Source of the DNA: Campylobacterales bacterium
GTDB taxonomy: Bacteria; Campylobacterota; Campylobacteria; Campylobacterales; Sulfurimonadaceae
Assembly: GCA_038205935.1 (NCBI GenBank)
Contig: JBBRBK010000040.1
Coordinates: forward strand, 1-16,818
DNA length: 16,818 bases
Direction of reading: 5' to 3'
Numbering within the stretch: the first letter of the stretch is position 1; every line of letters begins with the position of its first letter. The translations under genes were made by a program, and so were the position numbers. Under the pieces are notes generated by a model. The model was not told the origin of the DNA. It saw only the letters and a program-made list of their open reading frames with translations, and did no database searches. Of the stretch, positions 8,295 to 16,485 are shown in pieces.

Positions 8295-8425
8295 ACGTGC
8301 GCGTTTTTTTTAAAGAAAGTGACCAGAGAATAAACTGTCGCGTTTTTCTATTGCTTTTGGCACAAGATGAGCGAGCGCGTTTTTTTTGAGTTTTTTGATG
8401 ATTATAGACTGTGGCGTTTTTTTTT
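8295..8425 (+). repeat. Repeat family B: GCG-T-tract motif at 37-39 bp spacing
   Basis: GCGTTTTT starts at 8301, 8340, 8377 and 8414, with an extra copy at 8052. Confidence 0.7.
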
Positions 8426-8437
8426 AATTCAGCAATT

Positions 8438-8530
8438 TGTACTCAAACTGTAGCTTGTTTGTAGCCACTGTAGCACTACTGTACTCAAGCTGTACACTAT
8501 TTTATACAAAGTGTAGCTTGTTTGTAGCCA
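8438..8530 (+). repeat. Repeat family C: TGTA-core repeats with ~11-bp period
   Basis: TGTA at 8438, 8449, 8460, 8469, 8480, 8491, 8512, 8523. TGTAGCTTGTTTGTAGCCA is duplicated (8449-8467, 8512-8530). Confidence 0.8.
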
Positions 8531-8854
8531 ATCCAGCCTCTCTATATCATACGCCCATTTTGGAATGATTAAAGCCAGCGGGTTTTTTTTGGAAAGAGAG
8601 AGAGAGAAAAAAGCGATAAAAAACGATGGAGTTTGCTTGGGGAAGATTTCTAAAACATAAGACATTTGAGTTTTTCTTCTTTTTTTGTATGAGAAAAGAG
8701 ATAAGAAGCATGTGTTTTTTTTGATTGTTTTTTTTTGCAGATATTACAAAACTGGACTGTTTTTTTTGTTGCTCTTTTTTGGAAGCTTTGAAAATAGATA
8801 GCAAAAGAGTTGTTTTTTAGTGCTAATTCTATAGTGCTAATTTTTGGCAACTTT

Positions 8855-8965
8855 TGCTATTGTTAGCCATATTTTGCTATTGTTAGTCATATTTGTCACA
8901 AACAACAGTGTCTTTTTCTGTGCTATTATTAGCCATATTTTGCTATTGTTAGCCATATTTTGCTA
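8855..8965 (+). repeat. Repeat family D: four 20-bp tandem iteron-like repeats in two pairs
   Basis: TGCTATTGTTAGCCATATTT at 8855 and 8941, one-mismatch copies at 8875 and 8921, and flanking partial TGCTA copies. Confidence 0.9.
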
Positions 8966-9907
8966 ATTATTGCTAAAAATAGCAAGACTTTGAGGGTGTT
9001 TTTTGTGGTATTTTACATAGAAAAATGAGCTTGAAAGTTGGTTGTTTTTATGGGTGCTTATTTGCAAGAGTTTTTCTGATTATTTTTTTTTGATTTTGTC
9101 TTTTTAGCTTAAGGTTTAAAAATAGACATTTTGGTTTATTTTAGGATTATTGACTTTTAATGTTGACTTTTGGGCTTTTTTTGCTTATTTGTGCATTTTT
9201 CATAGACTTGCTTGTTTTTGTTCTTATTTCTACTATATTTAGAGATAGACTTTTTTGTATTTTGGCGTAAAAGTACGGGGAAAATTGCAAAAAACACGCT
9301 TTTTTGAGATTTGCAAATAGGCTCGTCCAAAACCTTCAAAAACTACAAAATCGGAGCAAAACGCTCTATTTTGTATAAAATTCTAGCCAATTTCACCATT
9401 TTGAAAATAGTCATATTTGACTTTCAGTGCAGATTAAGGTTGCATCTCAATTATTGCATTTTCAGCAAATACACTGAAACGCTATTTCTCCTATTTATCT
9501 ACGTTTGTAGGTTGTAAAAGTGATATTGTGAATATTACACTTAAGAAAATATATTAATTATACTTTTTCAGCAAAAAAATCAATCTCAAATCTTAAACCC
9601 CGCTTAAAATTATTTTTGACACACTCAAAAAATGACCCAATTTTTCCCTATAAAAATAAGCCAAAATTGGCCACTATTTTTCTGTAAAATAAGTTGAAAA
9701 AAACAGATGTTAAAAGATGGAAGATTTTGAGTTGATTATAAAAATAAAAAACAATATTTGATTGTTGGGATTTTTTTGGATATTAGAGTTTTTCACTTTG
9801 TGAGTGTTAATCTTTCTTATATAAAACATATTTATAATTTTCATTATTGACTATATTATCAAATTGATATACAATATCCTTACTATTTTAATAAGGATAT
9901 TATTCAT

Positions 9908-11146
9908 ATGAAAGACTTTAGACATTCTTCTGGCCCACTGGATGACGATTATTTTTATGGTCGAGATGATGAAATCGCAATGTTGCATAACAACATAAAT
10001 ATCCGACAGCATACAGCACTTATTGGGCAACGTCAATTTGGTAAAACAGCACTTATTCATAAGGCTATAGAGCGTCACTCAGACAAACCATTAAAAGCAC
10101 ATATTGATCTTACTCGAAAAGCAACTTTGCATGAAGCTGCCAAAGTTATGATCGATTCATTTATGGTAGATAATTTTGGTATTAAACGTTTTCTAATTAT
10201 GGCTTCTATGGATCTCTCCTCTATGCTTAAGAGCATGTTGGGTGGCTTTGCAATTGTAAAAAAAGTAAAGCTTTTAGAATTTGAACTTGAACTAAAAGAG
10301 ATTAGTGTTTTGGCATCTGATACATCCGGTGCAAAAAGTATTGATCTGTTTGTTAGTGCGCTCGAATTTATTGATGCAGTAGCTCAGAGGCTAGAGAAGA
10401 AAGTTGTTATTTTTATTGATGAATTTCAAAGAATAAAACAATTTCCAGAGGTCAAAAGTAATGATGTTCTTTGGCCAATGAGAAGTGCTATACAAAACAG
10501 TACTTCTTCAACACTAATAATTGCCGGAAGCAAACCTACTGTAGTAAAAGAAATAATTTCCAGTCCTGATAGTGCATTTTTGCACAGTTTTGTAATAACT
10601 GATATTACAGGAGTAAAAGAGGTGGATTTTTGTAATCACTTCACAGAAGTTTGTGCAACATATGGTGTAAGTGATATACCAAATATTACACATTTTATTT
10701 ATTCCGTTTGTTCGGGGATGCCATCATATCTCTCACTGTTTGGAAGAAAATTGTTTGATGCTGTAAAGCGTAAAAGAAAACTTGAGACGGATATGTATTT
10801 TAAAGCGCTTGAGGATATGTTTACTGATATCACTGGAACATTAAGGCTCTTTGAGGAGAAGATAAGTGAAATCCCTCACGCATTGATAGTATATAAGGCC
10901 ATCTTTGCCGGAGAAAATGCAAAGAGTGAGGCGATGACATATTCCGGAACTTCTGATGCTAATATTCAAACAAACACCATCAATAAAATGATTGACAATG
11001 GATTTATCCTTAGAGCAGAGCGAGGCGTATATTATGTAGTTGATACGGCACTCGGATATTATATGGCAGAGATAACAACAGCCCAACAGTTTAAAACTCT
11101 ATTTGAAGATCAGTTGATGGCAGCGCATTTGTCTGTGACGAGATGA
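9908..11146 (+). CDS. AAA/P-loop ATPase of the archaeal-ATPase (STAND-related) type with probable C-terminal winged helix
   Basis: FYGRDDEI, GQRQFGKT Walker A, VVIFIDEFQ Walker B, IIAGS and SGMP; the C-terminal GFI..AERGVY..D is wHTH-like. Confidence 0.85.
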   Translation: MKDFRHSSGPLDDDYFYGRDDEIAMLHNNINIRQHTALIGQRQFGKTALIHKAIERHSDKPLKAHIDLTRKATLHEAAKVMIDSFMVDNFGIKRFLIMASMDLSSMLKSMLGGFAIVKKVKLLEFELELKEISVLASDTSGAKSIDLFVSALEFIDAVAQRLEKKVVIFIDEFQRIKQFPEVKSNDVLWPMRSAIQNSTSSTLIIAGSKPTVVKEIISSPDSAFLHSFVITDITGVKEVDFCNHFTEVCATYGVSDIPNITHFIYSVCSGMPSYLSLFGRKLFDAVKRKRKLETDMYFKALEDMFTDITGTLRLFEEKISEIPHALIVYKAIFAGENAKSEAMTYSGTSDANIQTNTINKMIDNGFILRAERGVYYVVDTALGYYMAEITTAQQFKTLFEDQLMAAHLSVTR

Positions 11147-11193
11147 AAGGGAAAATGATGGCATACAAAAATCCCATCATCCATTGAACACTC

Positions 11194-11544
11194 CTAGTAT
11201 TTATAATCGATATAGCCCTTCGTCAACTTAGAACGAAGAACAATATCCAACTCGCCAAACGCATTCTCAATATGGGAAAAATACTCTTTAATAACTCGAG
11301 TAGGTTTTTTATTTTTCACACTGCCAAATGACCTCTCCAATATAACTTCCTCAAAGAGAGTAGGGTAGATTTTTAGAGAATAATATCTCACTTTTTTATT
11401 GACATCTCTATGGAGTGTTCTATAATAGGGTTTTGATTCACTGCCATGGATGCTAAGATTGTTCGTCACTTTTGATATATCCTCTATTTCCCATATGTAA
11501 CAATAGAATCCATTTTGTGAAAGATGAAGAGATAAATCATACAT
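11194..11544 (-). CDS. WGR-domain-like protein (start uncertain)
   Basis: RYYSLKIYPTLFEEVILERSFGS...F...A...LRSKLTKGY matches the WGR RYY..TLFG...R-WG...K..KGY pattern. Confidence 0.75.
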   Translation of the reverse strand: MYDLSLHLSQNGFYCYIWEIEDISKVTNNLSIHGSESKPYYRTLHRDVNKKVRYYSLKIYPTLFEEVILERSFGSVKNKKPTRVIKEYFSHIENAFGELDIVLRSKLTKGYIDYKY

Positions 11545-11614
11545 AAATTGTTTGTTTTTTTAATAGCACTATAATTGCGTTTCAATTTATTTTGAATCTT
11601 TTTTGGAGGTGAGT

Positions 11615-11836
11615 ATGTCTACAACTTTTATAGACAATAAGATCAATGAAACATCACCTTGGGTTATGTCTTATGGCGAAGCATATACCCATTTAAAAAT
11701 GAATGTAAAAATGGTCGAAGGAGAGTGGATAAACATCCCTGTCCCAAAACATAAACCTAAAATGAGCAGAGCAGAAGCTACAGAGTACTACTCCTCAAAA
11801 TTTGCAAGATATTGGAAAGAGAATAAAGGAGTTTAA
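11615..11836 (+). CDS. Small hypothetical protein
   Basis: GGAGGTG RBS directly before ATG 11615, with TATAAT upstream. Confidence 0.65.
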   Translation: MSTTFIDNKINETSPWVMSYGEAYTHLKMNVKMVEGEWINIPVPKHKPKMSRAEATEYYSSKFARYWKENKGV

Positions 11837-11840
11837 AAAC

Positions 11841-12032
11841 ATGAAATTTTTAATTGCAGTAATATTATTGCTTGTAGCAACTGGAATCATCTCCTACAAC
11901 AACGGCGCTTTTCATTTTAGCCAAACTGCTGCAAATAATGCGTATGACAATGTAAAATCATCAACCTCGCAAGCCACAAAGGCGATAGAACATAAAAAAG
12001 AAGCGGAGCCTGATACAATGGCGAATGATTGA
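11841..12032 (+). CDS. Small exported or membrane-anchored protein
   Basis: AAGGAG RBS, then MKFLIAVILLLVATGIISY hydrophobic N-terminus and a polar tail. Confidence 0.65.
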   Translation: MKFLIAVILLLVATGIISYNNGAFHFSQTAANNAYDNVKSSTSQATKAIEHKKEAEPDTMAND

Positions 12033-12260
12033 GAATATTACCTGTAAAAAAGATTGTCGATAGAATGAAAGCTATTCGTTAATCGTGATACAATTTCATC
12101 GCATGCAGGTTGAATTTTCCTTTCACCTGATTAGCGGAAAAAAGGCATAGATTTTCAAAGCAACGCCTTTTTGACCAATTCAACGCTTCATTCTTTTTTT
12201 TAAATTCACTTTTTTTGACAAAAGCTATCAAACTAGATGGTACTAATTTAATTGTATAAA

Positions 12261-12318
12261 ATAAGAAATATACTTCATTTTATTTTTTTAATATGTTAAT
12301 ATAAGAAATATATTTCAT
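12261..12318. promoter_or_regulatory. Two HipB-type operator palindromes
   Basis: ATAAGAAATATAYTTCAT at 12261 and 12301 (40 bp apart); the core GAAATATATTTC is palindromic. Confidence 0.75.
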
Positions 12319-12331
12319 ATTTGGAACCACA

Positions 12332-12577
12332 ATGACACTTCAAGAATTAGGCTTTAAAATCAAAGAACTTAGAAAAGAGAAGAAATGGTCTCAGGCTGAT
12401 TTGCAAACTTATTCTGGCATCACCAAACGAACCATTAGTAAAATTGAGAACGGCTTTATAGAAGAGATTGGTATCAAAAAAGTTGAGACAATACTTGATT
12501 TATTGGGGTTTGAATTTAGTCTTCGAGGAAAAGGTCGCCCTAGAACATTAGAGGAGCTACAAAATGAAAGAAAATAA
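12332..12577 (+). CDS. hipB: HipB-like XRE antitoxin
   Basis: LGFKIKELRKEKKWSQADL...TISKIENG HTH and RPRTLEEL tail; overlaps hipA. Confidence 0.85.
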   Translation: MTLQELGFKIKELRKEKKWSQADLQTYSGITKRTISKIENGFIEEIGIKKVETILDLLGFEFSLRGKGRPRTLEELQNERK

Positions 12578-13715
12578 TCTAAACGTCTATACAAACAAAA
12601 TGCTTAGTGGCAGTCTTAGCTTTGAGAATGAGCAGTATGTATTTAACTATACTGATGATGCTAAAGATATTGTTTCTTTGACAATGCCCATCAGAAAAGC
12701 CAGCTGGCTCTCAAAAAAACTGCATCCTATATTTCAGATGAATATGCCTGAGGGTGCTTTAAAAGAGGTTATTAAAAACCATTTTGCAAAAATAGAGCAG
12801 ATGGATGATATCAATTTTTTAAGACTCATTGGTCCCTATATGCTTGGTCGAGTGAAGTTTGATCATATTATTGAAGAGAGTGATCTCTTAGCAATAGCAG
12901 ATATTTTGCACAATAGCAAAAACAATTTGTTTGAAGAGTTGATGCAAAAGTTTGCTATCCGTTCAGGAGTTTCTGGCGTGCAACCAAAACTTCTTTTATC
13001 AGCTCACAATAAGACAACTATGAAGTTTGAGCATTATATTGTCAAATCATGGGAAAAAGAGTATCCACAGCTTGCTCTCAATGAATATTTTTGTATGCGG
13101 GCTGTAAAAAATGCAGGTCTGCCAACTCCAGAATTTTATCTTAGTGATGATCTTTCTATGTTTATTATGAAACGCTTTGATATCAAAGAAGATGATACAT
13201 ATTTTGGATTTGAGGATATGTGTGTCCTTACAGCTAGAGGAACTGAAGAAAAGTATAATGGAAGTTATGAAGAGATACTAAGAGTCATAAAAGATGTTAC
13301 GAAGCCTGAAAAAAGAAAAGAAGCGATTAAAATATTTTTTACGGCACTCATTATGAATCATCTTCTTAGAAACGGTGATGGACATTTTAAAAACTACGGT
13401 ATTCTCTATGAAAATGATTATGAAGATGCCACTCTTGCACCTATTTATGATGTCATTACAACAACGGTTTATATCAAAAATGACATACCTGCATTACGTC
13501 TGAGCGATGGCAAGCTTTGGTGGCAAGAGAAAACATATAAAGCGTTTGCAATCCAAAGCTGTAAACTGACAAATCAAGAATATCAAGGAATAGTTCAAAT
13601 CTGTAAAAAAGCCATTATCACTACAAAACAAGAGATCGATCAATATAGAAGTGATGATCAAGAGGTAATAGAATTTCTACAAGACTTAAAACAATGCTGG
13701 TATGAAGAAATCTAA
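12564..13715 (+). CDS. hipA: HipA-family Ser/Thr kinase toxin
   Basis: SLTMP N-terminal domain, SGVSGVQPK P-loop, NEYFCM, KRFD, NGDGHFKNY, LAPIYD. Confidence 0.93.
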   Translation: MKENNLNVYTNKMLSGSLSFENEQYVFNYTDDAKDIVSLTMPIRKASWLSKKLHPIFQMNMPEGALKEVIKNHFAKIEQMDDINFLRLIGPYMLGRVKFDHIIEESDLLAIADILHNSKNNLFEELMQKFAIRSGVSGVQPKLLLSAHNKTTMKFEHYIVKSWEKEYPQLALNEYFCMRAVKNAGLPTPEFYLSDDLSMFIMKRFDIKEDDTYFGFEDMCVLTARGTEEKYNGSYEEILRVIKDVTKPEKRKEAIKIFFTALIMNHLLRNGDGHFKNYGILYENDYEDATLAPIYDVITTTVYIKNDIPALRLSDGKLWWQEKTYKAFAIQSCKLTNQEYQGIVQICKKAIITTKQEIDQYRSDDQEVIEFLQDLKQCWYEEI

Positions 13716-13718
13716 TAT

Positions 13719-13839
13719 TTATACAAATTTATATCCTTTTTTTACTTTTCAGTAAAATTTTTTTGAAACTCACGATAACATCCTCAATGTGGGGAAAGTA
13801 ATCCTTTATAACACGAGTAGGTTTCTTATTCTTCACTGC
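13719..13839 (-). pseudogene. 3' fragment of a second WGR-like gene (paralog of 11194-11544)
   Basis: Reads AVKNKKPTRVIKDYFPHIED versus SVKNKKPTRVIKEYFSHIEN, with a frameshifted KGYKFV* end. Confidence 0.85.
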
Positions 13840-13840
13840 A

Positions 13841-14170
13841 ACAACAGCTTATTTGCGTATTTCAACTATTGATTAAGATATTCAAAAAAATAAATCAGAT
13901 ATTTTAAAACTAGCAAATGATAAACAGCTTGGTCATGTTGAATTTGTAGAAGTGCAGATATCAGATAACATATCTAGAAAAAAAAAGAAAAATATTCGAT
14001 ATTGTCAACAATGCCAAAAAAAAGTGATGTTGTAAGTGTAAGTGTAAGTGAGCTTTCTGGGCTAGAGAGAAGTATGCTTGAAATTATGGAAATTCTTTCT
14101 ATTGCATCAGTTAAAGAACTCACAATTTTTGTAGTTAAATGCGATTGGCATTTGGACAGTTCGATGCATT
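13841..14170 (+). pseudogene. Serine recombinase (resolvase/invertase) pseudogene
   Basis: TTAYLRISTID*DIQKNKSDIL...EFVEVQIS...VSELSGLERSMLEIMEIL, compare YxRVST..Q and VSELSRLGRS. Nonsense codon at 13874, frameshifts in A tracts, and no C-terminal part. Confidence 0.88.
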
Positions 14171-14298
14171 ATATAGTTGTACTTTCGGAGAGATTTTATA
14201 GTCATAAAAAAATCTGAAAGGGGAAATATAAGTAATCATTTAAATTTAATCTTATATTGACCGTAACCAATGATTACTATAATCTCATAAAATATTCT

Positions 14299-14336
14299 AA
14301 ACCAGACACAAGCTTGTCATATTCTTCTATTAAAGT
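14299..14336 (+). promoter_or_regulatory. Putative WYL-regulator box 1 plus -10
   Basis: AAACCAGACA-CAAGCT-TGTC, then 12 nt, then TAAAGT (TATAAT follows immediately at 14337). Confidence 0.7.
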
Positions 14337-14380
14337 TATAATCGAGGATTACTAATCTTACATTTACTGAAAGAAATAAT

Positions 14381-15307
14381 ATGGCATACAAGCACGACTA
14401 CGATAAAACACTTACAAGACTTAACACAATAATTGCAAGACTCAACGACGGTGAAGCACTCTCGGTCAAACACCTTGCAGAGGAGTTTAATGTCAGTGAA
14501 CGGACAATACAAAGAGATTTTAACGAAAGACTCATCTCTTTGTACCCAATTCATCAAGACAAAAAGCGTTGGAAAATGCAGGATGGCTTTAAACTTGAAA
14601 AATCAACTGCAGTCGAAGACACCATCGTCTTAGATATCTTAGAAAAACTCACAGATGGACTTGGTGCAAAGTTTTCTACAAAAGCCAAACACTTACTCTC
14701 AAAGATAAAAAATGATGATTACAATCCCATCTATGCAAAACTCAACATGGAAGATATCAGTACAAGCATCGGCGATATAGGCTTCTTAGAAACTGCAATT
14801 AAATATAAAAATCACATTACATGTATGTATGATTTTCAAGAGTATAAAAAAGAGTTGGAACTTAAACCTTTAAAGATCGCCAATTATGAGGGATTTTGGT
14901 ATCTCATCGCTCTTGATGCAAGAAATGATCAACTCAAAAAATATCATCTTAAAAGTATCAGTGCTATAAAAAGTTTGAAAGAACATTTTACTACTACAAA
15001 GGCACTAGAAGAGCTTTTGGATAACTCTATCAATATCTGGTTTGATAACACAGCTGAAGCATTTGAAGTTGTCTTGTATCTTGATCCGCTTGCCGCAAAA
15101 ATACTCAAACGTAAACCACTTTCAAAAACACAGACTATTCTTAGTGAAGATCAAGACGGCGGATGTGAAATCAGCATAAAGATCACACATGAAAGAGAGA
15201 TCACAAGTATTATCAAATACTGGATACCTCATATCCGTGTTATATCTCCTGATTTTATTCAAGAAAGTGTTTTAGAAGATGTCATGGAGTTTATAAACCA
15301 GACATAA
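14381..15307 (+). CDS. HTH-WYL-WCX transcriptional regulator (PafBC/DriD/YafY-like)
   Basis: N-terminal wHTH (LAEEFNVSERTIQRDF), PLKI...GFWYLIA WYL motif, and WCX-like W.PHIRVISP end. Confidence 0.93.
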   Translation: MAYKHDYDKTLTRLNTIIARLNDGEALSVKHLAEEFNVSERTIQRDFNERLISLYPIHQDKKRWKMQDGFKLEKSTAVEDTIVLDILEKLTDGLGAKFSTKAKHLLSKIKNDDYNPIYAKLNMEDISTSIGDIGFLETAIKYKNHITCMYDFQEYKKELELKPLKIANYEGFWYLIALDARNDQLKKYHLKSISAIKSLKEHFTTTKALEELLDNSINIWFDNTAEAFEVVLYLDPLAAKILKRKPLSKTQTILSEDQDGGCEISIKITHEREITSIIKYWIPHIRVISPDFIQESVLEDVMEFINQT

Positions 15308-15332
15308 AGTTGTCTAAACGTAGCCATATAAT
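15295..15332 (+). promoter_or_regulatory. Putative WYL-regulator box 2 plus -10 (dnaA-like promoter)
   Basis: AAACCAGACA-TAAAGT-TGTC, then 12 nt, then TATAAT (15327-15332). Overlaps the WYL stop codon. Confidence 0.75.
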
Positions 15333-15358
15333 AGTCTTATGAATATAAAACTTTTTAC

Positions 15359-16399
15359 ATGGAGCAAGAAGAGATGTCTGAGAATAGTATCGAAAGCATT
15401 TTACACCCAGAATATACATTTGAAAATTTAGTTGTGGGAAGTTCCAATCAGTTTGCATACGCTGCATGTAAAGCGATCGCACATAATGTCGGAACTCTAT
15501 ACAATCCTGCAATTATCTATGGAAACGTAGGACTCGGAAAAACGCATCTACTTCATGCAATAGGTAACGAAGCAAAATTTGAACATAAAATCATGTATGA
15601 TACTTTTGAACGCTTCTTCAATGAGCTTCGTAAAAATATCACTGCAAATACCATGGAATTTTTTAGAGATAAATATCGAGATACAGATATTTTATTGCTT
15701 GATGACATACAGTTTATTGCCAATAAGGCACTGTTGCAAGAGGAATTTTTTAATACATTTAATGATTTAAAGCGTTTGAACAAGCAAATAGTATTGACTT
15801 CGGATAGACATCCAAAAGAGCTTATTGTGGATGATAGAATCAAAAATAGATTGCAAGGTGGTCTTATTGTAGAAGTGTTTGCACCAGATATGGATACAAA
15901 AAAAGAGATTATTAGAAAAAAATGTAAAAGAAACAGTATGAGATTTAGCGAAGATATGGTGAGTTACATTGCTTCAAATATTCTTGATAATGTTCGCATT
16001 ATAGAGGGAATATTGATAAAAATTCATGCGTATTCAGTTTTAATGGATGAAACCATAACATTGGATTTTATCAAAAATATTGTGGAAGAAACCAAGGTAG
16101 AAACTGAGCAGATTATTACTCTTGAAAAAATAATTCATGAAGTTGCACTGTATTGTAATATAAAACCAAGTGAAATGAAGTCTAAAACCAGATCTCCAAA
16201 TGTTGTAAAAGCGAGAAAAATAGCCCTTCATATTGCAAGAGAGCTAACTACGACTTCTATGGTTGCGTTGGCAAAAGAGTTTAATTTCAAAGATCATACC
16301 AGCGTGAGTTATGCTATACGCAATATCAAAAAATCATTAGATGAAGATAAAGATTTTTTACATTATATTGAAAGTATTAAGACTAAAATCAAGAGTTGA
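15359..16399 (+). CDS. dnaA: DnaA paralog lacking domains I-II (AAA+ domain III plus DNA-binding domain IV only)
   Basis: LHPEYTFENLVVGSSNQFA, YNPAIIYGNVGLGKTHLL, LLLDDIQF, QEEFF.TFN, TSDR.P, NVRIIEG, and domain IV R...ARKIA...KDHTSV. 346 aa; not followed by dnaN. Confidence 0.92.
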   Translation: MEQEEMSENSIESILHPEYTFENLVVGSSNQFAYAACKAIAHNVGTLYNPAIIYGNVGLGKTHLLHAIGNEAKFEHKIMYDTFERFFNELRKNITANTMEFFRDKYRDTDILLLDDIQFIANKALLQEEFFNTFNDLKRLNKQIVLTSDRHPKELIVDDRIKNRLQGGLIVEVFAPDMDTKKEIIRKKCKRNSMRFSEDMVSYIASNILDNVRIIEGILIKIHAYSVLMDETITLDFIKNIVEETKVETEQIITLEKIIHEVALYCNIKPSEMKSKTRSPNVVKARKIALHIARELTTTSMVALAKEFNFKDHTSVSYAIRNIKKSLDEDKDFLHYIESIKTKIKS

Positions 16400-16422
16400 T
16401 AAATTTTCATTAACTTTTTTAT

Positions 16423-16460
16423 AAACCAGACATAAAGCTGTCATAGATTCATTTTATACT
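16423..16460 (+). promoter_or_regulatory. Putative WYL-regulator box 3 plus -10
   Basis: AAACCAGACA-TAAAGC-TGTC, then 12 nt, then TATACT (16455-16460). Confidence 0.75.
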
Positions 16461-16485
16461 CTCTGTCTAAAATAAGGAGAGAAAT

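Noticed and set aside
7560..9517. ORF-track ORFs in the repeat region (7560, 8429, 8547, 8650, 9157, 9311)
   Set aside because: K/F/S-biased translations of homopolymer and repeat DNA, with no convincing RBS or motifs.
9527..9535. DnaA box cluster in the non-coding region
   Set aside because: Only one near-match (ATATTCACA, minus strand) was noticed, which is expected by chance in AT-rich DNA.
14002..14217. Independent 71-aa CDS
   Set aside because: It is a frameshifted segment of the resolvase pseudogene.
15359..16399. Chromosomal dnaA/oriC locus
   Set aside because: Lacks domains I-II, has no dnaN/gyrB/rpmH context, and no DnaA-box cluster was seen in the flanks.
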